This document shows, piece after piece, positions 19,893 to 30,894 of a stretch of 64,000 nt of DNA (position 1 is the first letter of the stretch; every line of letters starts with the position of its first letter). This stretch comes from an uncultured Thermoleophilia bacterium. Lineage in GTDB: Bacteria; Actinomycetota; Thermoleophilia; UBA2241. The notes beneath the pieces were generated by a model that saw only the letters and a program-made list of their open reading frames with translations, had not been told where the DNA came from and searched no databases. The translations under genes and the position numbers were made by a program. The DNA lies in contig CAWBRS010000002.1 of the NCBI GenBank assembly GCA_963791345.1, positions 112,037 to 176,036 of the forward strand, written 5' to 3'.

Positions 19893-21350
19893 ATGGGCGA
19901 GTTGGCAAGGAACGAAGGTCTGAGGCGGGTGAGGATGCGCCTGTTCACGGCGGTGGTCGTCGTGTTCACGCTCACCTGCTCGGGGTCCTTCGGCATGGAG
20001 GACGTCGTCTCCGAGTCGGGCCCGGGCTTCACGCTCCTGATGATCGTGCTGCTGCCGCTCATCTGGAGCGTGCCGATGGCGCTCGTCTCGTCGGAGGTCG
20101 GCTCGATGGTGCCCGAGGCCGGCGGTCTGTACCGCTGGATCCGCCGCGGCCTCGGCGAATACTGGAGTTTCCAGGGTGGCTGGTGGTGGACCCTCTCCCT
20201 CTGGGTGGACTCCGCCGTCTACGTGGCGCTGGCGCTGGGCTACGTGCAGACCAAGCTCGACTTGACCGACGTCCAGCGCTGGCTGGTCGGCGCGGCCATC
20301 GTCGCCGTTTTCACCTTCATCAACATCCGCGGCCTCGATCTCACCGGCAAGGCGCTGACCGTGATCCAGGTCATCGTGCTGGTGCCGTTCCTCGCCCTCG
20401 TCGTGCTCGGCGTGCTGCGCGGCGAGGGCTCTCCGGCGAGCCCCTTCCTGCCGACGGGGCTGAACGTGTGGGAGAGCCTCGGCCTCGGCCTCGCGATCAT
20501 GATGTGGATGTACTCGGGCTACGAGTCGATGTCGACGCTCGCCGGAGAGGTCGAGAACCCGCAGCGGCTCATCCCCCGGGCGGTGCTGATCGCCGTGCCG
20601 CTCGTGATCCTCACCTACTTCGTCACCGTTCTCGCCGGCATCATGGCGTCGGGTGCGGGGGGATGGGAGGTCATGGTGTCCGACGCCTCCGAGGGCGGCA
20701 TCGACTTCGTCGTCGCCGCCGAGAACGTCGGCGGGGCGCTGCTCGCCTGGGCGCTGTTCGCTTCGGCGATCGCCTCGAACGTGGGACTGTACGCCGGTTA
20801 CCTCGCGACCGGCTCGCGACCCTCGTTCCAGATGTCGCGCGACCGCCTCTTCCCGCGTTTCTTCGGGAGGACCCACCGCTCCTGGGGTACGCCCTGGGTG
20901 GCGATCCTCGTGATGGGCGTCATCAACATGGGCCTCATCGCCTTCGGGTTCGACACGCTCATCGTGATCGACGTCTTCCTGCTGATGTTCTCGTACATGC
21001 TGATCTTCATCACCTCGATCGTGCTGCGCGTGAAAGAGCCCGACGCGCCGCGGGCCTTTCGCGTGCCGCTGCCGACGTGGGCCCTGGCGGCGTGGCTCGT
21101 GCTGCCCTTCGGCATCGCCGTGCTGGCCCTGTTCACCAACGGCGCCGACTACCTCGTCGGCGGCCTGGTCGGCATCCTGAGCGGGCCGATCGCCTACCTG
21201 GTCTTCAAGTCCATCTACAAGGGCACCAAGGACGAGGCGCTCGAGGGCGTCGAGCTCGAGCTCGACGGCTCCGGGGCGCTCGCCGGCGGAGCCACCATCG
21301 ACGCCGGCCCGGCGCCGGCCGGCGCCGGGCGCCGAGAAGGGGGGACGTGA
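19893..21350 (+). CDS. APC-superfamily amino acid permease
   Basis: About 485 aa, 12 predicted TM segments; APC-like EAGGLYRWIRRGLGEYWSFQGGWWWTL; preceded by a 327-bp untranslated leader. Confidence 0.75.
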   Translation: MGELARNEGLRRVRMRLFTAVVVVFTLTCSGSFGMEDVVSESGPGFTLLMIVLLPLIWSVPMALVSSEVGSMVPEAGGLYRWIRRGLGEYWSFQGGWWWTLSLWVDSAVYVALALGYVQTKLDLTDVQRWLVGAAIVAVFTFINIRGLDLTGKALTVIQVIVLVPFLALVVLGVLRGEGSPASPFLPTGLNVWESLGLGLAIMMWMYSGYESMSTLAGEVENPQRLIPRAVLIAVPLVILTYFVTVLAGIMASGAGGWEVMVSDASEGGIDFVVAAENVGGALLAWALFASAIASNVGLYAGYLATGSRPSFQMSRDRLFPRFFGRTHRSWGTPWVAILVMGVINMGLIAFGFDTLIVIDVFLLMFSYMLIFITSIVLRVKEPDAPRAFRVPLPTWALAAWLVLPFGIAVLALFTNGADYLVGGLVGILSGPIAYLVFKSIYKGTKDEALEGVELELDGSGALAGGATIDAGPAPAGAGRREGGT

Positions 21351-21751
21351 TGCGCAAGTACGCCGCCGCCGCCGGCGCCCTCTCCGGGGTCGTCGCCGTG
21401 GTCATCGCGCTCGTGATGCGCGCGCAGGACCCGATCCTGGGCCTGCCGTGGGGTCACTCGTGGGGATTCATCAGTGAATCCGACTTCCTGCTGACGGCGC
21501 TCTCTCCCGTCGGCCTCCTCTTCGGGATGGGGCTGGTCATGATCGCCGGCGGGCTGATCACCCTGAAGTCGCCGGCGATCGGCGGCATCGTCACCGTGAG
21601 CGCCGCCGTCGTCGGGCTCGTCTTCACCTACACGCACCAGTGGTACCGCGTCGAGCTCCTCACGTGGTGGGCCGCGCCGGTGCTGCTCTGCTGGCTCGCC
21701 GGGATCCTCGCCGGGTACGCCCTGCACGGGGAGACCGAGGCCTACGGCTGA
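21350..21751 (+). CDS. small integral membrane protein, translationally coupled to the permease (ATGA-type overlap)
   Basis: 134 aa, 4 hydrophobic segments (AAAGALSGVVAVVIALV, LLFGMGLVMIAGGLI...); no family recognised. Confidence 0.45.
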   Translation: MRKYAAAAGALSGVVAVVIALVMRAQDPILGLPWGHSWGFISESDFLLTALSPVGLLFGMGLVMIAGGLITLKSPAIGGIVTVSAAVVGLVFTYTHQWYRVELLTWWAAPVLLCWLAGILAGYALHGETEAYG

Positions 21752-21860
21752 GCCCGGATGGCGGCGGGGGCCGGGAGCGTACGCTCCCGGCCCCCGCCGC
21801 GCTCGGCACGCGTCATCTCGGGGGCGGGGCCTGCACGGCGGGCCCCGCCCCCTGTATCCT

Positions 21861-22613
21861 GTGCGGGCTTCCGCTGTCGGGAGGACCGTGCCGCCGATTC
21901 CGCCGCCGTTCGTCGAGCTCGAACTGACGCGAGACGAGCGCGCCCAGATCGAGGGACAGCTCGCCGCATGCTTCGACCTGGCGCCTGAGGCTGCGCGGAC
22001 GTGGGTCGAGACCACGGCGCGGCGCGGTGCGTGCTTCGCCCGTGTCACGAGCGGCGGCGCGATCGCCGCGAGCTACGCCGCGGAGACGCTGCCGCTGGTG
22101 CACGGGGAGGAGTGCCGGACGGCGGTGATGCTGCAGAGCTGCTACGTGCACCCTGCCTACCGGGGTCGGGGCTACGGTCTTGCACAGACGGATATCGAGG
22201 ACCTGTGCCGCCGCTTCGCGGCCGACGCCGTCGTCCTGACGCTGTTCGACGACGGCCTCATGCGGTACTGGCGCCGCCGCGGCTTCGAGGTCGTGCAGCG
22301 GGCGGAGGTGGTCGACCTCTCCTCGTACCTGAGCCGGGCGGCGACCGCGTTCAGCCCGGCGCTCGGAGACGAGGCGATCGCCGCCAAGCTCGCCGAGACC
22401 ATCGCCGACGGAGCGACCGTCACCGAGCTCTCCGCGGGCGACAGCGCCCTGCTCATGGTGCGGTACCCGGGCGACGACGTGGTAGAGGAGTTGATCGTGC
22501 GGGACCCTCGAGTGCCGGTGCGATGCCGGGCGGCCCCGGTCGTCGCCGTCCGCCTCAAGACCGTCATGGCGAGCCCCGGCGATCTCGATCTCATCTGCGC
22601 GATCGACCTCTAG
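21861..22613 (+). CDS. GNAT-family acetyltransferase-like protein
   Basis: Core VMLQSCYVHPAYRGRGYGLAQT (acetyl-CoA binding R/Q-x-x-G-x-G/A); start could be GTG 21861 or 21888. Confidence 0.5.
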   Translation: MRASAVGRTVPPIPPPFVELELTRDERAQIEGQLAACFDLAPEAARTWVETTARRGACFARVTSGGAIAASYAAETLPLVHGEECRTAVMLQSCYVHPAYRGRGYGLAQTDIEDLCRRFAADAVVLTLFDDGLMRYWRRRGFEVVQRAEVVDLSSYLSRAATAFSPALGDEAIAAKLAETIADGATVTELSAGDSALLMVRYPGDDVVEELIVRDPRVPVRCRAAPVVAVRLKTVMASPGDLDLICAIDL

Positions 22614-22723
22614 CCCGTCGTGTCGGCAGGGCCGGTCGCTCTCACGTCCTCGCCCGATCTCCGAACCGCCGGCACGCTCCCGCCTGCGCGCCTACGGCGC
22701 ATCCAGGTGGCCCCGGCCCGCGC

Positions 22724-23170
22724 CTACGCCGCACTCGCCTCGAGCATGATCGTCACGGGCCCGTCGTTCACGAGCTCGACCTCCATGTGGGCGGCGAAGA
22801 CGCCCGTGGCGACCGGCACCCCCGCGGCGCGCAGCGCCGCCACGTAGGCCTCGTAGACGGCCTCGGCTTGCCCGGGCGCCGCCGCGTCGGTGAAGCTGGG
22901 GCGGTTGCCCTTGCGCGTGTCGGCGTAGAGCGTGAACTGGGAGACCGCGAGGACGGCGCCGCCGACCTCGCCGAGGGCGAGGTTCATGAGCCCGGCGCCG
23001 TCCTCGAACACGCGCAGCTTCGCGGTCTTCGCGGCGAGGCGGCCGGCCGCCGCCGGCGTGTCGCCGTGGCCGACACCGACCAGGGCCACGAACCCCGCGC
23101 CGATCTCGGCCACCCGTGAGCCGTCGACACTCACGGCGGCCCGCGACACCCTCTGCAGCAGAACTCTCAT
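22724..23170 (-). CDS. dtd: D-aminoacyl-tRNA deacylase
   Basis: [17 protein letters not shown]...[18 protein letters not shown]...[21 protein letters not shown] (Dtd signature SQFTLY...GxF). Confidence 0.85.
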   Translation of the reverse strand: MRVLLQRVSRAAVSVDGSRVAEIGAGFVALVGVGHGDTPAAAGRLAAKTAKLRVFEDGAGLMNLALGEVGGAVLAVSQFTLYADTRKGNRPSFTDAAAPGQAEAVYEAYVAALRAAGVPVATGVFAAHMEVELVNDGPVTIMLEASAA

Positions 23171-23399
23171 GGCGCGCATTCTACGGGCCGCGGGGCGGTC
23201 GCGCAGCGGTGCGCGGTCGACTGCGCGGGGGCGGCACACGGCAGCGATGACTGCCGAGGTCGCGAGCCACGCATGGACCCATCGCGCAACAACGTCGTTT
23301 TACAGGCTGTTTCTCGTCTCCTCGCATGAGCGCGGCGATCACGGCCGCCGTGTTTGACACGCCACGGTGAAGGCCATAACATCTCTGGCCCGGAGCACG

Positions 23400-23424
23400 T
23401 AGCACTCTCGTCCTGAGAGTGCCA
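23400..23424 (+). promoter_or_regulatory. CIRCE (HrcA operator) inverted repeat upstream of groES
   Basis: TAGCACTC-tcgtcctga-GAGTGCCA, 24 nt upstream of the groES ATG; consensus TTAGCACTC-N9-GAGTGCTAA. Confidence 0.7.
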
Positions 23425-23447
23425 GAATTCAGACGAAGGAGGGTTGC

Positions 23448-23744
23448 ATGAAGCTCAAGCCGCTTGAAGACCGCGTGATCATCAAGGCCGTCAAGGAAGA
23501 GGAGAAGACGGCGAGCGGCATCGTCCTGCCCGACACGGCCAAAGAGAAGCCGATGATGGGCGAGGTCGTCGCGGTGGGCGACGGCAAGTGGGACGACGAA
23601 GGCGAGAAGCGTATCCCCGTCGACGTCAAGAAGGGCGACAAGGTCGTCTACGGCAAGTACTCGGGAACCGAGTACAAGACCAAGGACGGCGACGAACTGT
23701 TGATCCTGCGCGCCAGCGAGATCCTGGCCGTAGTCGTGAAGTAG
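23448..23744 (+). CDS. groES: co-chaperonin GroES
   Basis: 98 aa, [13 protein letters not shown]...[12 protein letters not shown]...GEVVAVG; intact. Confidence 0.95.
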   Translation: MKLKPLEDRVIIKAVKEEEKTASGIVLPDTAKEKPMMGEVVAVGDGKWDDEGEKRIPVDVKKGDKVVYGKYSGTEYKTKDGDELLILRASEILAVVVK

Positions 23745-23756
23745 AGAGGAGGCTGA

Positions 23757-25394
<1,638 letters not shown>

Positions 25395-25493
25395 TCCCCT
25401 TCGCCTTCGGCGAGGGTCTTTCAACCTCACCTGCGGCGGGTTGTGATCTCGCGGCAGGGAGCAGTAAGAGAGAGCCAGCCTCTCTCGCGTCAG

Positions 25494-25529
25494 GACGGGC
25501 CGGCGGTGCGGACGCACCGCCGGCCCGTC
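25494..25529 (+). terminator. 16-bp perfect stem-loop downstream of groEL (intrinsic-terminator-like; weak U tract, as is common at high GC)
   Basis: GACGGGCCGGCGGTGC-ggac-GCACCGCCGGCCCGTC, preceded by a second small hairpin GAGAGAG-ccagc-CTCTCTC. Confidence 0.55.
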
Positions 25530-25756
25530 CGCCGTTCCGGGCGGGGCGCGCGAGCGCCCCGCCCGCTCTCTGGGTCGTGGGCAGCGGACCGGCGCGGCGA
25601 ACGCCGTCTCGAGCCGGGGAGCGGTGGCGTGGCGGTACCCGACCGCGCCGTCGAGGTGCAGGCGGATGGCGGGCGTTGGTCCGCGGACGCCCTCGGCCCG
25701 CCGTGGCCCTACGGGCGATCCCCCCGGTGTCCGCCGCAAGTGGATAGACTGGCCGC

Positions 25757-26624
25757 ATGACCGGGACCGCCGCATCGATCCCCGCTCCCCAGGAGCGAAG
25801 CGGAGGGCTCCGGGCAGGCTCCGACCCTGCCCGGCGACTACCACGTCCACACGACCCACTCCGACGGCACCGGCACTGTCGCCGAGTGCATCGCGCACGC
25901 CGTCGCCGCCGGACTGCCCGAGGTAGGCATCGCCGACCATTTCTCCGCCGTGCAGCCCACGCCCTGGGAGAGCGGGAGCATCCCCTTCGCGCGCCTCGAC
26001 GACTACGTGCGCGAGGTCCGCGAGGTCGCGCGGCGTCACGACGACATCACCGTGCTGCTGGGCCTCGAGGCGGACTACGTCCCCGAGCACGAGGCCCAGC
26101 TTCGCGCCTTCCTCGCCGAGCGCCGCTTCGACTACGTCATCGGCGGCGTGCACGTCGTCGACGGCTTCGAGTTCGACGACGCAGCGCGGCTGGACGACCT
26201 GCGCTGGAAGGAGCCCGACGCGCTGCTTCGCCGGTACTACGAGACGATCGCCGGGGCGGCCGCGACTGGCTGCTTCGACGTGATCGCCCACCTCGACTGG
26301 ATCGGCCTCTGGGGTCACACGCCGGGGCCGGCAGCGTGCGACGCGATCGAAGCGGCCCTCGACGCCGTCGCCGCGGTCGGGTGTGCCCTGGAGCTCAACA
26401 CCGACCGCACCAGCGACCCCGCCAAGGTCATGTATCCGTCCGGCGAGCTACTCGTTGCGGCGCGGGCGCGCGGGATCCCGCTCGTCATCAGCTCCGACGC
26501 CCACGAGGCCGCCCACGTCGGGCGGTTCTGGGACGAGGCGATCGCCAAGGCCCGCCGCGCGGGGTATCGAGAGACGCTCCGGCTCTCCGACCGGACGCTG
26601 ATACCCTTGCGGGCACGCCCGTAG
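25757..26624 (+). CDS. PHP-domain phosphoesterase (histidinol-phosphatase HisK family); one frameshift near 25820-25830
   Basis: ATG 25757 (MTGTAASIPAPQ...) in frame 2 joins frame 0 LPGDYHVHTTHSDGTG...GIADHF...LGLEADY...DVIAHLDW...LELNT...ISSDAHEA (PHP motifs). Confidence 0.7.
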
Positions 26625-26877
26625 AGGCCGGTCGACCGACATGTGTCGCGCGGTCCGGCCGGCCCCGCGTCGGCACGACGCACCTTGCCCGTGTGCTCTG
26701 CCGCCTGCGCGCGTCTGTCGGAGGCCGGCGCGCACTACGTGGTGCGCTCGATGGCCGAACTGCCCGAGGTCGTCGCCGACTGCGAGCGCCGTCTCGCGTG
26801 CGGAGACGCCCCGAGGGAGCGTGATCCCGGGCAGGACGGACCTCGTGCGAGGGTGGCGCCGGGGGTAGACTGAAGGC

Positions 26878-27114
26878 ATGAGGCAGACCGCCACCCAGAC
26901 CGAGTCGCGCACGCTGGTCGTCACGGGCCCCGCCCGCGACCTGCTGTACGAGCACTTCAGCCGGCTGTTCTGGGGCCGCGGGGTGGTCGTCGTCAAGGAT
27001 CGCCGCGACGGCGAGCGTCGCGCCGCGCGGGCCGCCGTCTCCGACGAGCGGCGCGAGGCCGACCGCCGCCGCCGGCCCCCCGACTGGATCGTGCCCCCGC
27101 CCGACGCCGCTTGA
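26878..27114 (+). CDS. hypothetical small protein (78 aa), first ORF of the co-directional catabolic island
   Basis: ORF with an N-terminal structured-looking segment (TLVVTGPARDLLYEHFSRLFWGRGVVVVKDRRDGERR) and an Arg-rich tail; no family recognised. Confidence 0.3.
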   Translation: MRQTATQTESRTLVVTGPARDLLYEHFSRLFWGRGVVVVKDRRDGERRAARAAVSDERREADRRRRPPDWIVPPPDAA

Positions 27115-27307
27115 CGCCGGGCGCCTTCCCGCCCCGCCTAGGACCTGCCTCTGCGTCATCCGAGCCCCGTCACATCAGGACGGCGGACGCCGCGTCACGA
27201 CGCCTGACCCGAGCCGCCCCGCTGCCCCGCCTGCAGACCCCTGTCTGCCGCAGGTATACTTCACTCTCGTTCGGCCCGGATACGCGATGTGTGGAGGTAG
27301 TTGTCCT

Positions 27308-28111
27308 ATGTTCCTGATGGGCGAATCGATCAACGGCACCCGCAAGGCCGTCGGCGAGGCGATCCAGGCCCGCGATGCGGAGTTCATCAAGGCGCTTGCG
27401 CTCGAGCAGGTGGAGGCCGGCGCCGACCTCGTCGACCTCAACGGCGGCGTCGCCGGCACCGACGAGGTCGACAACCTGCTCTGGCTCGTCGACACCGTCA
27501 TGGGCGTCACCGACGCGCAGCTGATGGTCGACTCGGCAAGCCCCGAGGCGCTCGAGAAGGGCGTCCAGGCGATCATCGACAAGGGCGGCAAGGTGCCGTT
27601 CATCAACTCGATCAGCGGCGAGCAGCCGCGCATCGACGCCGTGCTGCCGCTCATCGAGAAGCACAAGTGCCCGGTGGTCGGCCTGTGCCTGAGTGACGAG
27701 GGCATCCCGGCGACGGCCGAGGACCGCTTCGCCGTCGCGCAGCGCATGTACGACCTGTGCACCGGCGCCGGTCTGCCGCCGCAGGACCTGTGGATCGACC
27801 CGCTGGTGCTGGCCGTGTCGGCCGACGCCTGCGCGGGCCAGGTCACGCTCGACACGCTCAAGCTCGTCAAGACCCGTCTCGACTGCCGCACGACCGGCGG
27901 CCTCAGCAACGTCAGCTTCGGGCTGCCGAACCGCGCCCTGCTCAACCGCGTGTTCGTGGCGATGTGCGCCGGCATCGGGCTCGACGGCACGATCGTCGAC
28001 GTGCGCAACGCGCAGATGATGGCGACGATCAAGTCGATCCGCGCGCTCAACGGCGCCGACGGCTTCTGCGGCAACTACCTCAAGGCGCACCGCGCCGGGC
28101 AGCTCGCCTAG
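27308..28111 (+). CDS. pterin-binding (MetH/MtrH/MtgA-like) methyltetrahydrofolate:corrinoid methyltransferase-family protein
   Basis: MFLMGESINGTRKAVGEAIQARDAEFIKALALEQVEAGADLVDLNGG resembles the MetH pterin-binding domain (GERxNVTGSxxF...QVExGAxxIDVN). TIM-barrel length about 267 aa. RBS GGAGG lies 9 nt upstream of ATG 27308. Confidence 0.7.
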   Translation: MFLMGESINGTRKAVGEAIQARDAEFIKALALEQVEAGADLVDLNGGVAGTDEVDNLLWLVDTVMGVTDAQLMVDSASPEALEKGVQAIIDKGGKVPFINSISGEQPRIDAVLPLIEKHKCPVVGLCLSDEGIPATAEDRFAVAQRMYDLCTGAGLPPQDLWIDPLVLAVSADACAGQVTLDTLKLVKTRLDCRTTGGLSNVSFGLPNRALLNRVFVAMCAGIGLDGTIVDVRNAQMMATIKSIRALNGADGFCGNYLKAHRAGQLA

Positions 28112-28113
28112 TC

Positions 28114-29220
28114 GTGAGTGACGGCCGCCGCGCGCGGGCGCGCGAGCTCGGCATCGAGATCGGCGTCCTGCCCACCGGGGCGCTGAACGCCGTCACCGAC
28201 GTGCCCGGCGTGCTCGTCGGTCACAGCACCGTCTCGTGGGGCGGGCCCGAGCTGCCGACCGGCAGCGGGCCCGCCCGCACGGGCGTCACCGCCGTGTTCC
28301 CGCACGGCGACGGCCTGTGGGACCGGCGGGTCGTCGCCGGCGTCTTCGCCGCCAACGGCGCCGGCGAGGTCGTCGGCAGCAGCGCGATCCGCGAGTGGGG
28401 GCTCATCGAGACCCCGGTCATGCTGACCAACTCGCAGGCGGTCGGGGCCGTCTACGACGCGACCGTGCGCTGGACGATGGAGCGCGAGCCGCGGACCGGC
28501 CTCGACGACGCCGTCATGCCCGTGGTCGGTGAGTGCGACGACGGGCTCCTCAACGACCAGCGCGGCATGCACGTGCGCGAGGAGCACGTGCGCGAGGCGC
28601 TCGACGGCGCGCGGGGCGGCGCCGTCGCCGAAGGCTGCGTCGGCGCCGGCACCGGCATGATGTGCTTCGAGTTCAAGGGCGGCATCGGCACGTCCTCGCG
28701 CCTCATCACCGTCTACGGGAGGCAGTACGCGGTCGGCGCCCTCGTGCTGACCAACTTCGGCGACCGCCGCCGTCTGGCGATCGACGGGGTGCCGGTCGGG
28801 CGCGAGATCGCCGACCTGATGCCGGTCGAGAAGCGCGAGGGTTCGTGCGTCGTCGTGCTCGCCACCGACGCGCCTTTGACCTCCCGCCAGTGCGAGCGGC
28901 TCGCCAAGCGCGCCGCTCTCGGCCTCGCCGTCTGTGGCTCCTACGCCGCCGACGGGAGCGGTGAGATCATGGTCGCCTTCTCCACCGCCCAGCACGTGCC
29001 GCGGCGGACCGCCGCTCCGCTCCGCCTCGAGACCCTCGCCAACGACGCGACGGCGGAGCTCTTCGAGGCCGCCGTCGACGCCACCGCCGAGGCCGTCGTC
29101 AACTCGCTCTGCGCCGCCGAGACCACCGTCGGGCGCGAGGGCAACACGGTGCACGCGCTGCCCCTCGACCGCATGGTCGAGGTCATGGGGCGCTACGGCC
29201 GCCCGGCCCGCCTGCCGTAG
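28114..29220 (+). CDS. dmpA: DmpA/S58-family (P1) aminopeptidase / D-aminopeptidase-esterase
   Basis: 369 aa, GIEIGVLPTGALNAVTDVPGVLVGHST...GVTAV... with the Ntn autoprocessing region ...GAGTGMMCFEFKGGIGTSSR typical of DmpA/OAT-like S58 peptidases. Confidence 0.8.
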   Translation: MSDGRRARARELGIEIGVLPTGALNAVTDVPGVLVGHSTVSWGGPELPTGSGPARTGVTAVFPHGDGLWDRRVVAGVFAANGAGEVVGSSAIREWGLIETPVMLTNSQAVGAVYDATVRWTMEREPRTGLDDAVMPVVGECDDGLLNDQRGMHVREEHVREALDGARGGAVAEGCVGAGTGMMCFEFKGGIGTSSRLITVYGRQYAVGALVLTNFGDRRRLAIDGVPVGREIADLMPVEKREGSCVVVLATDAPLTSRQCERLAKRAALGLAVCGSYAADGSGEIMVAFSTAQHVPRRTAAPLRLETLANDATAELFEAAVDATAEAVVNSLCAAETTVGREGNTVHALPLDRMVEVMGRYGRPARLP

Positions 29221-29925
29221 CGGCTGACCGCGGCGGCCCGTCGGCCGTCCACGGCCGGGCGCCCCGGGCGATGTCGCGACAGCGGGCAGCAGGTCGTTCA
29301 CCTGCCGTCGCCGCAGAGCGTGCGCCGTCTTCTTCGTGCCAGCGGCGGCTCCGGTCATGGGGAGGTGACCCGGGGCCGAACGCCGTGCGGCAGGACCGCG
29401 GGTCGCTTGCCGCTTCGGAACCGGCACGGTATAAACAGGGCGGTTCTCACACCGGCCGACGTCCGGCCCCGGTAGTGTCGGGCGTGTCGCGCAGGAGCGG
29501 GTCGCGCGGGAAGGACAGCGGTCGTCGCGTCCTCCCACGGGTCGGGTCGCGGCGGGTTCGCCGCCGCCGACCGGCGCGCCGCAGGGCGTCGCAGTGTGAG
29601 GGCCGCACGGAGGCCCGGCTCGGGCCCGCCGGGGATGGAGGGCCCCGTCGGGCGCGGTCCGGTCCGGCCTCCCGTCGTCGAGGGGAAGGAGCAGGGCACA
29701 CGTGAGGTGCGCGTCACCGCAGCACCGCGACACCCGCCCCGGGTCGTCGCCCCACGACTTCGCCGCCGTCTCACGCTCTTCGCGCACCCCGGGCGCCGGG
29801 CGAGCCGCGCCGTACGACGCCGCGGCCACCCTCCGCACCGACCGACTCTGCCAACCGCGAGCCAGTGAAGGAGGTCGGGGCCCCGGTCCGTCGCGCCGTT
29901 AGGCGGTCTGTGAGCCCGAGGAGCT

Positions 29926-30894
29926 GTGGACAAGCGACGCTACTTTGCCAAGAAGATCGCGAATGCGCTGCTGACCATCATCCTGGTCGCCTCGTTCAAC
30001 TTCGCGCTCTTCCGCATCCTCCCCGGCGACCCGGCGCGCCTGCTCCTGCCCAAGGGCAAGCAGCCGCCCGAGGCCGTCGAGAAGCAGCGCAAGACGTTCA
30101 ACCTGGACAAGCCCATGTGGCAGCAGTTCGTCTACTACTGGGGCGACACGATCCAGGGCCGCTTCGGCATGTCCTTCTCCGAGAAGCGCCCCGTCTCCGA
30201 GGTGGTGAGTGAGCGCATCTGGCCGACGGTGGTCCTGGTGGGGACGGGCACGATCATCGCCACCGGCATCGGCATCTTCACCGGCGTCTTCGCCGGCTGG
30301 CGCAGAAACAGCAAGTACGACGTGATATCGACCAACACCGGCATGGTCTTCTACGCCATGCCCACGTTCTGGTTCGGCCTCCTCACGATCATGCTCTTCT
30401 CGACCTATCTGGGGTGGTTCCCTACCGGGAGGATGTCGGAGCCGGGCGCCGACCTCACGGGGATGGAGGCCTTCGTCGACCTCATCTGGCACATGACCCT
30501 CCCCGTCCTCACCTTCGCCATCGCCTGGGTCGGTGAGTACCACCTCATCATGCGCAGCTCGATCACCGGCGTGATGAACGACGACTTCGCCCTCACCGCG
30601 CGGGCGAAGGGCCTCTCCGAGAACACGGTCCTCTGGCGGCATGTCGTGCCCAACGCGATGCTCCCGACGGTGACCATCGTGATGATGAACATCGGCTTCG
30701 TCATGTCGGGCGCGATCCTCACCGAGACGGTCTTCAACTGGCCGGGCCTCGGGCTGCTCGCCTACGAGGCGATGAACAAGCGCGACTACCCGGTCATGCA
30801 GATGGTCTTCCTCATCGCCAGCGTGGCGGTCATCGTCGCCAACCTCATCGCCGACATCACCTACTACTACCTCGACCCGCGGGTGCAGGCATGA
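29926..30894 (+). CDS. ABC transporter permease (DppB/OppB-type)
   Basis: 322 aa, 6 TM segments, binding-protein-dependent permease motif (RAKGLSENTVLWRHVVPNAMLP); intact. Confidence 0.9.
   Translation: MDKRRYFAKKIANALLTIILVASFNFALFRILPGDPARLLLPKGKQPPEAVEKQRKTFNLDKPMWQQFVYYWGDTIQGRFGMSFSEKRPVSEVVSERIWPTVVLVGTGTIIATGIGIFTGVFAGWRRNSKYDVISTNTGMVFYAMPTFWFGLLTIMLFSTYLGWFPTGRMSEPGADLTGMEAFVDLIWHMTLPVLTFAIAWVGEYHLIMRSSITGVMNDDFALTARAKGLSENTVLWRHVVPNAMLPTVTIVMMNIGFVMSGAILTETVFNWPGLGLLAYEAMNKRDYPVMQMVFLIASVAVIVANLIADITYYYLDPRVQA

Noticed and set aside
19865-21751. 628-aa Arg-rich ORF overlapping the APC permease in another frame
   Set aside because: It is a frame-shifted shadow of the permease gene; the composition (RRG/RGD repeats) is non-protein-like, while the permease frame gives 12 clean TM helices.
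29271-29705. Small ORFs (144 aa and others) inside the 705-bp gap before the ABC permeases, as a candidate missing binding protein or corrinoid protein
   Set aside because: The translations are Arg/Pro/Ser-rich with no hydrophobic core, no lipoprotein or signal motif, and no DxHxxG B12-binding signature. The region is treated as non-coding leader.
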